A stretch of 64,000 nucleotides of DNA from Rhodocyclaceae bacterium (GTDB taxonomy: Bacteria; Pseudomonadota; Gammaproteobacteria; Burkholderiales; Rhodocyclaceae), in assembly GCA_023150275.1 (NCBI GenBank), contig JAKLLG010000002.1, positions 12,511-76,510 of the forward strand, read 5' to 3'. Shown in pieces: positions 10,458 to 21,300 of the stretch; position 1 is the first letter of the stretch; each line of letters opens with the position of its first letter. Position numbers and translations under genes: made by a program. The notes beneath the pieces are model-generated. The model made no database searches, had not been told where the DNA came from, and saw only the letters and a list, made by a program, of their open reading frames with translations.

Positions 10458-11799
10458 GCACGCGCCGGAAATCCGTCTGGATGCGCGCCAGCGCCGCCGG
10501 GTTGTCGGCCTCGAAGCGGAGCACGACGACTGGCGTGGTGTTGGACGGGCGGGCCAGTCCGAAGCCGTCCGGGTATTCGACGCGCAGGCCGTCGATGGTG
10601 ATCACCTCTTGCGCGCCGTCGAAGCGGGCGCTCGCCTTCAGATCGTCGAGCAGCTTGAACGGCTCGCCCTCGGCCATCTTGATGTTGAGTTCCGGCGTAC
10701 TGCTGGCGTTCGGCAACGCCTTCAGCACCGCGCTCGGATCAGCCGCACGGGCAAGGATTTCGAGCAGGCGGGCGCCGGTGTAGAGGCCGTCGTCGAAGCC
10801 GTACCAGCGCTCCTTGAAGAAGACGTGGCCGCTCATCTCGCCGGCCAGCGGGGCGCCGGTTTCCTTCAGCTTCTTCTTGATCAGCGCGTGGCCGGTTTGC
10901 CACATGGTCGGCTTGCCGCCGCGTTCGCGGATGAACGGCGCGAGCAGGCGGGTGCATTTCACGTCGTAGATGATCTCGCCGCCCGGCACGCGCGAGAGCA
11001 CGTCGGCGGCAAAGAGCATCAGCTGGCGGTCGGGGAAGATGATCTCGCCGTCCTTGGTGACGACGCCGAGGCGGTCGCCGTCACCATCAAAAGCAAGGCC
11101 GATCTCGGCTTCGGTTTCCTTCAGCGCGCGGATCACGTCCTGCAGGTTCTCCGGCTTCGAGGGATCGGGGTGGTGGTTCGGGAAATTGCCGTCGACCTCG
11201 CAATAGAGTTCGACCAGCTCGCAGCCGAGCTTTTTGAACAGCGCCGGGGCGATGCCGCCGGCGACGCCGTTGCCGCAGTCCATGACGATCTTCATCGGCC
11301 GCGCGAGCTTCACATCGCCGACGATCTTCGCGACGTAGGCGTCACGAATGTCGGCGCTACGGATGGTGCCAGCGCCGCTGAGCAGGTTGCCGGCCTCGAT
11401 GCGCGCCTTCAGCTGCTGGATCGCATCAAGCGCCAGCGTCTCGCCGGCGATGACCATCTTCAGGCCGTTGTAGTCCGGCGGGTTGTGGCTGCCGGTGACC
11501 GAGACGCAGCTGTGGCAGCCGAGTTCGTAGGCGGCGAAGTAGGTCAGCGGCGTCGGCACGCAGCCGACATCGATGGCATCGACGCCGGCCGAAACGATGC
11601 CCTGCATCAGCGCGCCGGCGAGCTCGGGGCCGGAGAGCCGGCCGTCACGGCCGACGGCGATGGCCGTCTGATTGCGCTCGCGGGCGAGCGAGCCAAGGGC
11701 CTGGCCAACGGCACGGCAGACCTCGGCGGTGAGGGATTTGCCGACGATGCCGCGGATGTCGTAGGCCTTGAAGATTTCGGGGGGGAGGGTAATCGCCAT
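10420..11799 (-). CDS. algC: phosphomannomutase/phosphoglucomutase
   Basis: Carries the PGM/PMM active-site TGSHNPPDYNG, the Mg site DGDGDR, and a C-terminal GEMSGH loop. Confidence 0.9.
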   Translation of the reverse strand: MAITLPPEIFKAYDIRGIVGKSLTAEVCRAVGQALGSLARERNQTAIAVGRDGRLSGPELAGALMQGIVSAGVDAIDVGCVPTPLTYFAAYELGCHSCVSVTGSHNPPDYNGLKMVIAGETLALDAIQQLKARIEAGNLLSGAGTIRSADIRDAYVAKIVGDVKLARPMKIVMDCGNGVAGGIAPALFKKLGCELVELYCEVDGNFPNHHPDPSKPENLQDVIRALKETEAEIGLAFDGDGDRLGVVTKDGEIIFPDRQLMLFAADVLSRVPGGEIIYDVKCTRLLAPFIRERGGKPTMWQTGHALIKKKLKETGAPLAGEMSGHVFFKERWYGFDDGLYTGARLLEILARAADPSAVLKALPNASSTPELNIKMAEGEPFKLLDDLKASARFDGAQEVITIDGLRVEYPDGFGLARPSNTTPVVVLRFEADNPAALARIQTDFRRVLAAARPGLALPF

Positions 11800-11809
11800 G
11801 ATTGTTTGT

Positions 11810-12781
11810 TCAGGGTTCGTGTTCGAAAAAATGCAGCAGCCGCTGCGGTAGCCAGTCGAGCCGCCCGGGAAAACTGCCGGTGACGAAGCCGACGTGGCCG
11901 CCTTCGTGCGGCTGATCGAGCGTTACTTTAGCCGATATTTGCGTGTCATTGGGCAATGCGTGCGCTGGCAGGAACGGATCGTTCCTTGCGTTGAGCACCA
12001 GCGTCGGGATGCGGATGCCCCGCAGCAGGGGCTTCGCCGAGGCGCGCCGCCAGTAGTCGTCGGCGCCGAGGTAACCGTGCAGCGGGGCGGTGACGACGTC
12101 GTCGAACTCGTACAGGTTGCGCGCGCGACGCATGCGCGACCCATCGAAGATACCGGGAAACTGTTTCAGTTTTTCGGCAGCCCCGGCTTTCAGCGTGGCA
12201 AGGAAGTGCTGCGTGTAGACGTGGTTGAAGCCGCGCGCGAGATGGTGGCCGCAGGCAGAGAGGTCGAGCGGTGCGGAAACGGCTGCCGCTGCCTGCACGA
12301 TGTCGACGGCGTGGAATTCCCGCTCACCCAGCCATTTGAGCAGCGCGTTGCCGCCAAGAGAAACGCCGACGGCGTGCAGGACGCGTTTGGGAAACTGGCG
12401 GCGCAGGCGGCGCAGGATCCAGTCGATTTCGTTGGAGTCGCCCGAGTGATAGGCCCGTGGCTGGCGGTTCGATTCGCCCGAGCAGCCGCGGAAGTGGGCG
12501 ACCACGCCGCCGACGCCGCGGCCGAGTGCAGCCTGCATCAGGGCGCATGCGTAATGGCTGTGCGAACTGCCTTCGAGGCCATGGAAGAGAATCAGCAGGG
12601 GCGCTGCCGGGTCGCTGTCGACCCAATCGAGATCGATGAAGTCAGCGTCGGGGGTTTCCCAGCGTTCGCGCCGGTAGGCCGGCAGGTCGGGCTTGATCAG
12701 CAGCGGATAGATGGTCTGCGCGTGTCCGCCGGGCAGCCATTTCGGTGCCCGGTAGGGCGGGAATGGCGATGGCGGCGCCAT
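11810..12781 (-). CDS. alpha/beta hydrolase, YheT family
   Basis: Contains HGLEGSSHSHY and the nucleophile elbow GVSLGGN. ATG at 12781; the track's TTG at 12784 is unlikely. Confidence 0.75.
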   Translation of the reverse strand: MAPPSPFPPYRAPKWLPGGHAQTIYPLLIKPDLPAYRRERWETPDADFIDLDWVDSDPAAPLLILFHGLEGSSHSHYACALMQAALGRGVGGVVAHFRGCSGESNRQPRAYHSGDSNEIDWILRRLRRQFPKRVLHAVGVSLGGNALLKWLGEREFHAVDIVQAAAAVSAPLDLSACGHHLARGFNHVYTQHFLATLKAGAAEKLKQFPGIFDGSRMRRARNLYEFDDVVTAPLHGYLGADDYWRRASAKPLLRGIRIPTLVLNARNDPFLPAHALPNDTQISAKVTLDQPHEGGHVGFVTGSFPGRLDWLPQRLLHFFEHEP

Positions 12782-13212
12782 CAATGCAGCGTGTGCGTGG
12801 TGCTGGTGCTCTCGCTCGTTGGCGCTTCGCTGGCGGTCGACGAGTGGTGGCAGAGCAGGCGCCAGCCGTTGGCGCCGCGAATGAAAACGTTGGTGGCGTG
12901 CATCGGCCCGTGCGGGGTCGGGTCGTCGCCGAGGTAGAGGGTCTCGACGACGTTATGCACCGCCATCAGCGCGCTGTTCCAGCACAGCTGGTGGCTGACG
13001 CGCACGCGCAGGCGGGCGCCATTGGCAAACACATGACGCCAGCTTTCGCGCACCGCGGCGAGCCCGATCAGGCGTTGACCAGCCGGATGCACGCAGGCGA
13101 CTTCCTCGTCGTCCGCCCACACCGCCATCATCGCTTCCAGATCGGCGCGCTCGATCGCGTCGTAAAAGGCCGTTTCGGCATCTTCCGGGGTGGCGTACAG
13201 GTTGGCGCTCAT
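12781..13212 (-). CDS. NTF2-like (SnoaL/DUF4440-type) protein
   Basis: Starts MSANLYATPEDAETAFYDAIERADLEAMMAVWADDEEV, a typical NTF2-fold opening. The 5' extension in the track is rejected. Confidence 0.6.
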   Translation of the reverse strand: MSANLYATPEDAETAFYDAIERADLEAMMAVWADDEEVACVHPAGQRLIGLAAVRESWRHVFANGARLRVRVSHQLCWNSALMAVHNVVETLYLGDDPTPHGPMHATNVFIRGANGWRLLCHHSSTASEAPTSESTSTTHTLH

Positions 13213-14201
13213 CGCAGGCATTCCTCCAACACGCGTTGCGGATCGAGTTTTTCCAGGCAGTCGAGATGCCCGAGGGGGCATTCGCGCTTGAAGCATGGGC
13301 TGCAGTCTAGCTGCAGGCTGACCACTTTAGCCAGCGGCGAGAGCGGCGGCGTAAAACCCGGTGACGATGAGCCGTACAACGCCGTCAGGGGCCGGCCGAT
13401 GGCGGCGGCAACGTGCATCAGTCCGGAATCATTGCAGACGACGAAGTCGGCGAGGGCAATCAGGTCGATGGCCTGATCGAGCGAGGTTTTGCCGCAGAGG
13501 TTGGTGGCCGGCCCCTGGGCGGCGATTTCGTCGCCGACCGGCGCATCCTTGGGCGAGCCGAGTGACCACACGGTATAGCCGCGGGCGGCGAGCGCCTGCG
13601 CCAGCGCAGCGAAGTGCCGGGTTGGCCAGCGTTTGGCGGGGCCGTATTCGGCACCGGGGCAGAAGACCGCCAGTTTTTGTGGGCGCGCCAGCGCAAGCGC
13701 GGCGAGCGTTGCCTGCTGCTGCGCCGGGTTGGAGGCGAGCTTCGGCAGTGGCAGTGGGCGCGGCAACGCAGCGCCGAGCGGCTCGGCGAGCTGTGCGAAA
13801 CGCTCCGCCATCTGCGGCAGCACCGCCTTGTCGAGCACGTGGCGCCGATTGATCAGGCCGACGCGCGATTCGCCGGTGAAGCCGATGCGCTCGGGAATGC
13901 CGGCCATGAAGGGAATGAGGGCCGACTTCAGCGAGTTGGGCAGCACATAGACGCGATCGAACTTCATCGCCGCGAGTTGGCGCGCCAGCCGCCAGCGGGC
14001 TTTCAGCGAGAGCTGCCCGTGGCCGAAGGGGCTGTCGATGACGCCGGCGATCTCGGGCATGCGCGCGAGTACCGGCGCTACCCAGCGCGGTGCCAGCGCA
14101 TGCAGTTCAATGCCCGGATGACGTTCGTGCAGGCGCACGAACAGGGGGTGAGCCATCACGGTGTCGCCGATCCACGAGGGGGCGACGATCAGGGCTTTCA
14201 T
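13209..14201 (-). CDS. waaF: ADP-heptose--LPS heptosyltransferase II
   Basis: Starts MKALIVAPSWIGDTVMAHPLF with GT9 family motifs. ATG at 14201 verified. Confidence 0.85.
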   Translation of the reverse strand: MKALIVAPSWIGDTVMAHPLFVRLHERHPGIELHALAPRWVAPVLARMPEIAGVIDSPFGHGQLSLKARWRLARQLAAMKFDRVYVLPNSLKSALIPFMAGIPERIGFTGESRVGLINRRHVLDKAVLPQMAERFAQLAEPLGAALPRPLPLPKLASNPAQQQATLAALALARPQKLAVFCPGAEYGPAKRWPTRHFAALAQALAARGYTVWSLGSPKDAPVGDEIAAQGPATNLCGKTSLDQAIDLIALADFVVCNDSGLMHVAAAIGRPLTALYGSSSPGFTPPLSPLAKVVSLQLDCSPCFKRECPLGHLDCLEKLDPQRVLEECLR

Positions 14202-14256
14202 CGGCGGGGGTGGGGCGCAATGACGACGGCGCCGCGAGCGGCGCCGTCCTGTCGGG

Positions 14257-14451
14257 TCAGTGGTGACCCTTGGGGAGTTCGCCCTTGAATACGAAGTGGG
14301 CGCTGCAATACGGGCAGGTGACTTCGCCGGTCTTGGTGACGTCGAGGAATACGCGAGGATGGCGCGCCCACAGCGGTGCATCCGGCTGCGGACAGTGCAG
14401 CGGCAGATCGTGGGCGGTGACTTCAACGGTGGTCTGCTTGTTATCGGACAT
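14257..14451 (-). CDS. small zinc-finger protein (conserved ilvE-waaF linker gene)
   Basis: 64 aa. HCPQP...CPYCSAHF forms a Cys/His zinc-binding pair. Confidence 0.6.
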   Translation of the reverse strand: MSDNKQTTVEVTAHDLPLHCPQPDAPLWARHPRVFLDVTKTGEVTCPYCSAHFVFKGELPKGHH

Positions 14452-14482
14452 TTCTGTCTCTCCCTCTGCTATCTCAAGGATC

Positions 14483-15403
14483 TCAAACGTAGGCCAGCCA
14501 GTCGGCGTAGTCGGGCAGGCGGCCATTCACCAGATCGAAGAAGCGGGCCTGCAGCTTCGTCGTGATCGGGCCGCGCTTGCCTTCGCCGATGACGCGGTTG
14601 TCGAGCTCGCGGATCGGCGTGACTTCGGCGGCGGTGCCGGTGAAGAAGGCTTCGTCGGCGATGTAGATGTCGTCGCGCGTGATCGGCTTGGAGACAACCT
14701 GATAACCGAGGTCGCCAGCGAGCTTCATCACCGTTTCGCGGGTGATGCCGCAGAGGCCGGAAGTGATCTGCGGTTCGTAGATGACGCCATTCTTGACGAC
14801 GAAGAGGTTCTCGCCGGCGCCTTCGGCGACGAAGCCCATGGTGTCGAGCAGCAGTGCTTCATCGTAGCCGTCCTGCGTCGCTTCGAGGTTGGCGAGGATC
14901 GAGTTGGCGTAGGTGGTGGCGACCTTGGCGCGCGGCATCGTCACGTTGACGTGATGGCGGGCGAAGGACGCGGTCTTGACGCGGATGCCCTTCTCCAGGC
15001 CTTCCTCGCCGAGGTAGGCGCCCCAAGGCCAGGCGGCGATGGCAACATGCACCTGGGCGCCGCGCGGCGAGACGCCCATCTTTTCCGAGCCGTAGAAGGC
15101 GATCGGGCGCAGGTAGCAGGATTCGAGCTTGTTCGCACGCACGACTTCCTTCTGCGCTTCCGCCAGCTGCTCGCGGCTGTACGGGATTTTCATCATGTAG
15201 ATGTGCGCCGAGTTGAACAGGCGGTCGGTGTGCTCCTTGAGACGGAAGATCGCGGTGCCCTTGTCGGTCTTGTACGCGCGGACGCCTTCGAAGACGGATA
15301 GGCCGTAGTGCAGCGAGTGGGTCAGCACGTGCGTGGTCGCCTCGCGCCAGGGCACCAGTTTGCCATCCATCCAGATGAAGCCGTCGCGGTCGGACATCGA
15401 CAT
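14483..15403 (-). CDS. ilvE: branched-chain amino acid aminotransferase
   Basis: Starts MSMSDRDGFIWMDGKLVPWREATTHVLTHSLHYG with class IV aminotransferase motifs. Confidence 0.95.
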   Translation of the reverse strand: MSMSDRDGFIWMDGKLVPWREATTHVLTHSLHYGLSVFEGVRAYKTDKGTAIFRLKEHTDRLFNSAHIYMMKIPYSREQLAEAQKEVVRANKLESCYLRPIAFYGSEKMGVSPRGAQVHVAIAAWPWGAYLGEEGLEKGIRVKTASFARHHVNVTMPRAKVATTYANSILANLEATQDGYDEALLLDTMGFVAEGAGENLFVVKNGVIYEPQITSGLCGITRETVMKLAGDLGYQVVSKPITRDDIYIADEAFFTGTAAEVTPIRELDNRVIGEGKRGPITTKLQARFFDLVNGRLPDYADWLAYV

Positions 15404-15598
15404 GATTTTGTCTCCTGTAGCAGTAGCCAGTGTTCGTTCGGGAAAGACGGGATTTTAGCCGATTTCTCGGTCAAGGACTGCCGCCGCCTGTGCTTCGGCC
15501 GGGTTGGCGGTGCCTGTGACGGCGGCTCGCAAGCCACGCTGCCGTGGCAGGGCGTACCTGTCGGCACGTGCCGGAGGGTAGCCCCCGCGCGGCGCCGC

Positions 15599-17122
15599 CT
15601 AGGCGCGCGGCAGGCTCACGGTGATCGTGGTCCGGTCGTCGCTGTCATCGACATCGAGCGCGATACTGCCGTTCTGCGCCTCGGCGAGGAGTCTCGCGGA
15701 GTAGGTGCCGACGCCGCTGCCGCCGGCCTTGCCGTGGGTGACGAACTTGTCGAAGAAGTGGTCACGAATCTCCTGCGCTACGGCGCCGCGATTGGTGATT
15801 GCAATGCGCAGCGGATCACTGTCGGCAACGGTGATGCTGACTTCGCCACCGGTCGGCGAGGCTTCGCAGGCGTTGCGCACGAGGTTGTGGAACAGCGAGT
15901 GGCAGAGCAGCGCGTCGCCCGTTGCGTTGCTGCCGGTCGACGTATAGCGAACGGTGATTTCCTTCTCGCGATGCGCGGCTTGCGCCAGTTCGGCGATCCG
16001 CTTCAGGATGCCGTCCAGCCCGACCGGCTTTGCGTCGAGCCGGTAGGCGCCGGTTTCGATCTTGTAGATTTCGGCGGACAGGTTGAGCATGTCGAGCACG
16101 CGCAGGGCAGACTCTTCAATGGCGCGCATCCTGTCATCCAGCTCTTCGCGCGGAACTGCATCCTGTTCGCGGATCGACTGGGCGAGGCCGACGATTCCCG
16201 CCAGCGGGCCGCGCAAGTCATGGCGGGTGATGCGCTCGACGTCCTCGCGCAGGCGTGCGGTTTCGATCATCGCGTCGTAGTCGGCCTGCAGGCCCTTGCG
16301 CAGCGAGACATAGCGCAGGAAATTGCGCACGCGCGGCTTCAGAATGTTCGGATCCACCGGCTTGTTGACGAAGTCAACGGCGCCGAGTTCGAGGCCGCGC
16401 ACGCGGGCATCGTTGCCATCCATCGCAGTCACGAAAATGACCGGGATCGCCTCGGCGGCGGGGTGCTGGCGCATGCGGGTGGCGACTTCGAAGCCGTCCA
16501 TGCCCGGCATCATCACGTCGAGCAGGACGAGATCGGGCGGATCGTCCGAGCAGCAGATCTGCAGCGCCTTCTCGCCGTTGTTGGCGACACGCACCGTGTA
16601 GTCGTCCTTGAACATCTGCGAGAGCAGGAAGAGATTATCCGGCGTGTCATCGACGATCAGCAATGTTGGCGTACCGGGTTTGCCGCGCGGCTTGACCGGC
16701 GCGTTCGCGGGCGCGCTGGCGGAAGTCTCGCCCCGGTGCCCGGCCTCCCGGCGAAAGGCCCGTTCGATGCGGGTGGCGAGAACGTCCGGGGCGTAGGGCT
16801 TCACCAGCAGATCCGTGACCCCGGCCGCGATCGCCTTGGCGACGCGTTCGCGCTCGGTCTCCGCCGTTACCAGAATGAAGGGGAGTGCACGCAGCCGCGG
16901 TTGTCCGCGGAGCGCGGTCAACAGTTCGAGACCGTTCATCTCCGGCATGTTCCAGTCCGAGAGAATCAGGTCGACATGCTGTTTGGCAATGATGCGCAGC
17001 GCTTCGGCGCCGTTGGTTGCCGTCAGTACCTGCTTCGGTCTGAAGCGATCCAGCTGCGAAACGATGACGCGGCGCATGGTGTCGATGTCATCGACGACGA
17101 GAACGGTCTTGTTGGTCAGCAT
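15599..17122 (-). CDS. hybrid sensor histidine kinase with two N-terminal receiver domains (REC-REC-HisKA-HATPase)
   Basis: Two receiver motifs are present, LVVDDIDTMR...DLILSDWNMPEMNG and LLIVDDTPDN...DLVLLDVMMPGMDG. Followed by the H-box ITRHDLRGPL and an ATPase region. Confidence 0.85.
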   Translation of the reverse strand: MLTNKTVLVVDDIDTMRRVIVSQLDRFRPKQVLTATNGAEALRIIAKQHVDLILSDWNMPEMNGLELLTALRGQPRLRALPFILVTAETERERVAKAIAAGVTDLLVKPYAPDVLATRIERAFRREAGHRGETSASAPANAPVKPRGKPGTPTLLIVDDTPDNLFLLSQMFKDDYTVRVANNGEKALQICCSDDPPDLVLLDVMMPGMDGFEVATRMRQHPAAEAIPVIFVTAMDGNDARVRGLELGAVDFVNKPVDPNILKPRVRNFLRYVSLRKGLQADYDAMIETARLREDVERITRHDLRGPLAGIVGLAQSIREQDAVPREELDDRMRAIEESALRVLDMLNLSAEIYKIETGAYRLDAKPVGLDGILKRIAELAQAAHREKEITVRYTSTGSNATGDALLCHSLFHNLVRNACEASPTGGEVSITVADSDPLRIAITNRGAVAQEIRDHFFDKFVTHGKAGGSGVGTYSARLLAEAQNGSIALDVDDSDDRTTITVSLPRA

Positions 17123-17161
17123 TCGAGGTTCAGGGCGTGTGAAGATCGCGTAGGTCGGGTG

Positions 17162-18316
17162 TCAGGGGGTTTCGGGCAAGGCGTCCTGGAACTGAACGCG
17201 CTTGCGCGCCAGATCGTCGTCGCTGTCGGGGAAACGGGTGCCGATGGCGGCGAATTTCGCCTCCAGCGAGATGAATGCGTCGACCACGTCGGGGTCGAAC
17301 TGGCTGGCGCGGCCTTCAAGGATGATCGCGACGGCGCGTGCGTGTGGCATGCCTTCCTTGTACACCCGGCGACTGACGAGTGCGTCGTAAACATCCGCGA
17401 GAGCCATCAGGCGGGCACTGACCGGAATCTGCTCGCCGCTGAGGCCGGAAGGGTAGCCGCGGCCATCCCAGCGCTCGTGGTGCGACAGCGCGATTTCCTT
17501 GGCGATGCGCAGGAAGCCGACGTCCGCCTGCAGCGCGGTTTCGGCGTGATCGATCGCGTCGTGCCCGAGACGGGCATGACGCTGCATGATGGCGAACTCG
17601 TCGGCAGTCAGTTGCCCGGGTTTGAGAAGGATGCGATCCGGGATGCCGACCTTGCCGATATCGTGCAGCGGCGCCGAGCGGAAGATCAGGTCGATCGACT
17701 GGGCATCGAGGAAGGCGGCAAAACGCGGGTGTTCGCGCAGGGCGTTGGCAAGCAGGCGAACGTAATGCTGGGTGCGCAGGATGTGGTTGCCGGTATCGGT
17801 ATCGCGGGTTTCCGCCAGCGACGCCATGGCCATGATCGTCACATCCTGGATCATCGCGATTTCGTGAGTGCGGCGGGTCACTTCGCTTTCGAGATAGGCG
17901 GCCTTGTCGCGCAGGAAATCTGCCGAAGCCTTGAGCGTGAGGTGCGTGCGCACGCGCGCCATCACGATCGACGGGCTGATCGGCTTGGCGATGTAGTCGA
18001 CCGCACCGAGTTCGAGGCCGCGACGCTCGTCATCCGCTTCGGTTCTGGCTGTCAGGAAGATAACGGGGATCTCCCGGGTTGCGGGGTTTTCCTTGAGCCG
18101 ACGCAGTACTTCGTATCCATCGATCTCCGGCATCATGACGTCGAGCAGGATGAGATCGGGCGGATTTTCTGCGGCCAGGCGCAGCGCCCGCTCACCGCCA
18201 TTGGCGACGCGCACGGTGTAGTCGTTGCGCAGCAACGCACTCATCAGCGCAAGGTTCTCCGGCGTATCGTCGACGACCAGGATCGTTGGCTTGGTCGCAG
18301 TGTTCTGGGTATTCAT
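17162..18316 (-). CDS. response regulator with HD-GYP c-di-GMP phosphodiesterase domain (RpfG-like)
   Basis: Receiver domain [30 protein letters not shown] residues [10 protein letters not shown] and [13 protein letters not shown] are present. Confidence 0.9.
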   Translation of the reverse strand: MNTQNTATKPTILVVDDTPENLALMSALLRNDYTVRVANGGERALRLAAENPPDLILLDVMMPEIDGYEVLRRLKENPATREIPVIFLTARTEADDERRGLELGAVDYIAKPISPSIVMARVRTHLTLKASADFLRDKAAYLESEVTRRTHEIAMIQDVTIMAMASLAETRDTDTGNHILRTQHYVRLLANALREHPRFAAFLDAQSIDLIFRSAPLHDIGKVGIPDRILLKPGQLTADEFAIMQRHARLGHDAIDHAETALQADVGFLRIAKEIALSHHERWDGRGYPSGLSGEQIPVSARLMALADVYDALVSRRVYKEGMPHARAVAIILEGRASQFDPDVVDAFISLEAKFAAIGTRFPDSDDDLARKRVQFQDALPETP

Positions 18317-21300
18317 CGGACAGTTTCCTCGTTTCCCGCAATCGAATCGCGCGCACCTTCCAGCAGCGACAGCGCGGTTTCGAAGTCGAAACCGTTGATT
18401 GCCGAGCGAATCTGCGCGTAGTTCTCACCGAGCGCGGCAGCGAGCGCCGCATCGTTGTCGCTGATCAGGTCGGCGGCCGTGGAGTCCCCATAGGCCAGCA
18501 GCTCGGCAAGCTGGCTGCAAAGTGCCTCGACTGCGGCAGTATCCATCGGTGGTGCTGCGCGGGCTGCCGCTGGCGCTGCCGTCAGTTCCGCCAGGCCTGC
18601 CATCACCTGCTCCAGGGCGGCGCTGGTTTTCTTGAGCAGTTCCTCGATCTCGGCCGCCGAAGCGCCGTGTTCGCATGCGTCTTCCAGTACTGCCGCTGCC
18701 GCCTGCAGATCCTTGGCGCCGACGGTACCGGAGGAACCCTTCAAGGTGTGTGCGAGCCGCATCGGTGCCGACGCATCGGTGCCTTGCTGGGCGGCGCGGA
18801 AGGCTTCCATGAACCCGGACTGGCTGTCACGGAAGGTGAGCAGCAGATTCCGGTAGAAGCGCTTGTCGTTCATTGTCACCTTGAGGCCAGCCTGCTGATC
18901 GATGCCGGGAAGCGGTGGCAGATCGGGGGCGTCTTCGCCGGCAGCGGGGGCGCTGCTCGCTGGCGGCCGTGCCGGTTGCGCGGGGCTGATCCAGCGCGCC
19001 ATCGTTGCGAACATTTCATCGACGATCAGCGGCTTTGCGATATGGTCGTTCATGCCGGCGGCGATCGCCTTTTCGCGGTCGCCCGCCATTGCGTTTGCGG
19101 TCATCGCGATGATCGGCAGCGAGGATACTGCCGGCCGCGCGCGAATGGCGCGCGTTGCCTCGTAGCCATCCATCACCGGCATCTGGCAATCCATCAGGAT
19201 ACCGTCGAAGGCTGCGTCTCCGTCGAGGATGTCGAGCGCCAGCTGTCCGTTGCCGGCAATGACGAGTTCGATACCGGCACGGGAGAGCAGCTCGACGGCG
19301 AGTTCCTGATTCATTTCGTTGTCTTCGACCAGCAGAATGCGCGCACCGGCAAGCCTGGCCTGGGCCTGATCGACCGTTGGCGCACGCGTCTCTTTGTTAT
19401 GTTCGAGCGGTTGCAGTCCGAGGGCCTCGCCGATGGCATTCTGCAGCGTGCTGACCAGCACCGGTTTGGTGAGCACTGAATGCACCATTACGCCGCTGTG
19501 TTCGGCGGCACGCATCGCATCATCGCGCCCGTAGGCGGTGACCATGATGGCTGCCGGTGTGTCGATGCGATGTTCCGACTGCAACACGTGAAGCGTTTCG
19601 ATCCCGTCCATGTCGGCCATCTTCCAGTCGATCATGATCAGGTTGAACGGGAACCCGGTGTCGCGCGCGGCGACGATGGCGGCAAGCGCCGCGGCGCCGC
19701 CGGCTGCTTCGCTGACGTTGGCTCCCAGCGTGGCGACCAGTGTGCGAGCGATCTCGCGGGCATGCTCGTTGTCGTCGACCACAAGAATGCGCAGGCCGCG
19801 CAGGGTCTCGGCGGTCACCGTATGGCGTGCCGGCATCACGTCCGGCGTGGCGTAGGTGATCGTGAAATGGAAGGTCGAGCCCTTGCCTTGTTCGCTTTCG
19901 ACCCAGATCCGTCCGCCCATCAGTTCGACCAGACGTTTCGATATGACGAGGCCAAGGCCGGTGCCGCCGTACTTCCGGGTTGTGGAACTGTCGGCCTGGG
20001 TAAAGGACTGGAAGAGCTTGCCGCATTGTTCCTGCGTCAGACCGATGCCGGAGTCGCGAACCGAAAAATGCAGGCTCCCGTTTTCGCGGCGTACTCCGAT
20101 GACAATTTCGCCGGATTCGGTGAATTTCACCGCATTGTTGCCGAGATTGGTGAGCACCTGGCCGAGCCGCAACGGGTCACCGACAAGTCCCCCCGGAATA
20201 TCCGGGGCAATGTCGAAAAGCAGTTCCAGGCCCTTTTCCTCTGCCTTGATGCCGATCAGGTTGGCGAGGTTGTCCATCACGTCGTCGAGGCGGAAAGGGG
20301 TTTTTTCGACCGCCATCATGCCGGCTTCGATCTTCGAGAAATCGAGGATGTCGTTGATGATGCCGAGCAGGTTGACGGCCGAACGGTTTACTTTCTCGAC
20401 GTAGTTGCGCTGCCGTGGATCGAGCTCGGTTTCCAGGGCCAGATGGGACATGCCGATGATTGCATTCATCGGTGTGCGGATTTCGTGACTCATGTTGGCG
20501 AGGAAGTCGCTCTTTGCGCGCGCCGCTTCCTCGGCGGCGAGGCGCGCCGTCTGCATGGCCTGCTCGGCCGCCTTGCGCTCGGCGATGTCCTCGAAGATCC
20601 AGATGGTCACCCATTGATGGCCCGCCATCTGGATGCCGCGCGCCGAGACGCGCGCCAGCGCGAGGCTGCCGTCCTTGCGTGCGAAGTTCCACTCGACGGC
20701 GGCATCCTTGCCGGTCGCCAGCATCGGCCCGACCAGAGCACCGAACTCGCGATATTTTTCTTCCGACGGCTGGATGATTGATCCCGGGCTGCCAACCAGC
20801 TCTTCCTGCGCATATCCAAGAAAATCGCCGATGCTTTTGTTGGCGCGCAGAATTACGCCGTCGGCGGTATAGATGATGCCGTTTGGCGCGTTGTCGAAAA
20901 CCATCCGCTGTTCTGCGACGAGCGCGTTCAATTCGTGCTCGCGCTTCTCCAGTTCGATGCGGGCACGGCGCCTCTCGGTGACGTCGTCGAGCGTGAATTG
21001 CATCAGACGGCGCCCACGGAAATCGAAGGCGATCAGATGCACCTCCGCATCCCATGTCTCCCCGTTCGGTCGCTGATGTTGCCACTCGAAACGGGCGTGA
21101 CCGCCCTTGAGCGTGCTGCGCACCAGTTCCTGTCCGGCGGTCTTGCTGTCGCGGCCGTCATACTGGGTCGGCGCGGAGAAGTCGAGCGGGGTCTTGCCGA
21201 GCACGTCGGCGCGCGTTCCGACACCATACATGCGGACGGCCGCCGGGTTGCAGTCCACGAAGCCGGCCTTCGGGTCGAGGATGACGATCGGCCGCGAGGA

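Noticed and set aside
10330-11883. 517-aa plus-strand ORF antisense to algC
   Set aside because: Low-complexity antisense frame. algC on the minus strand has clear catalytic motifs.
15308-18421. 1037-aa plus-strand ORF antisense to the REC-REC-HK and HD-GYP genes
   Set aside because: Antisense artefact spanning two real minus-strand genes with intact domain signatures.
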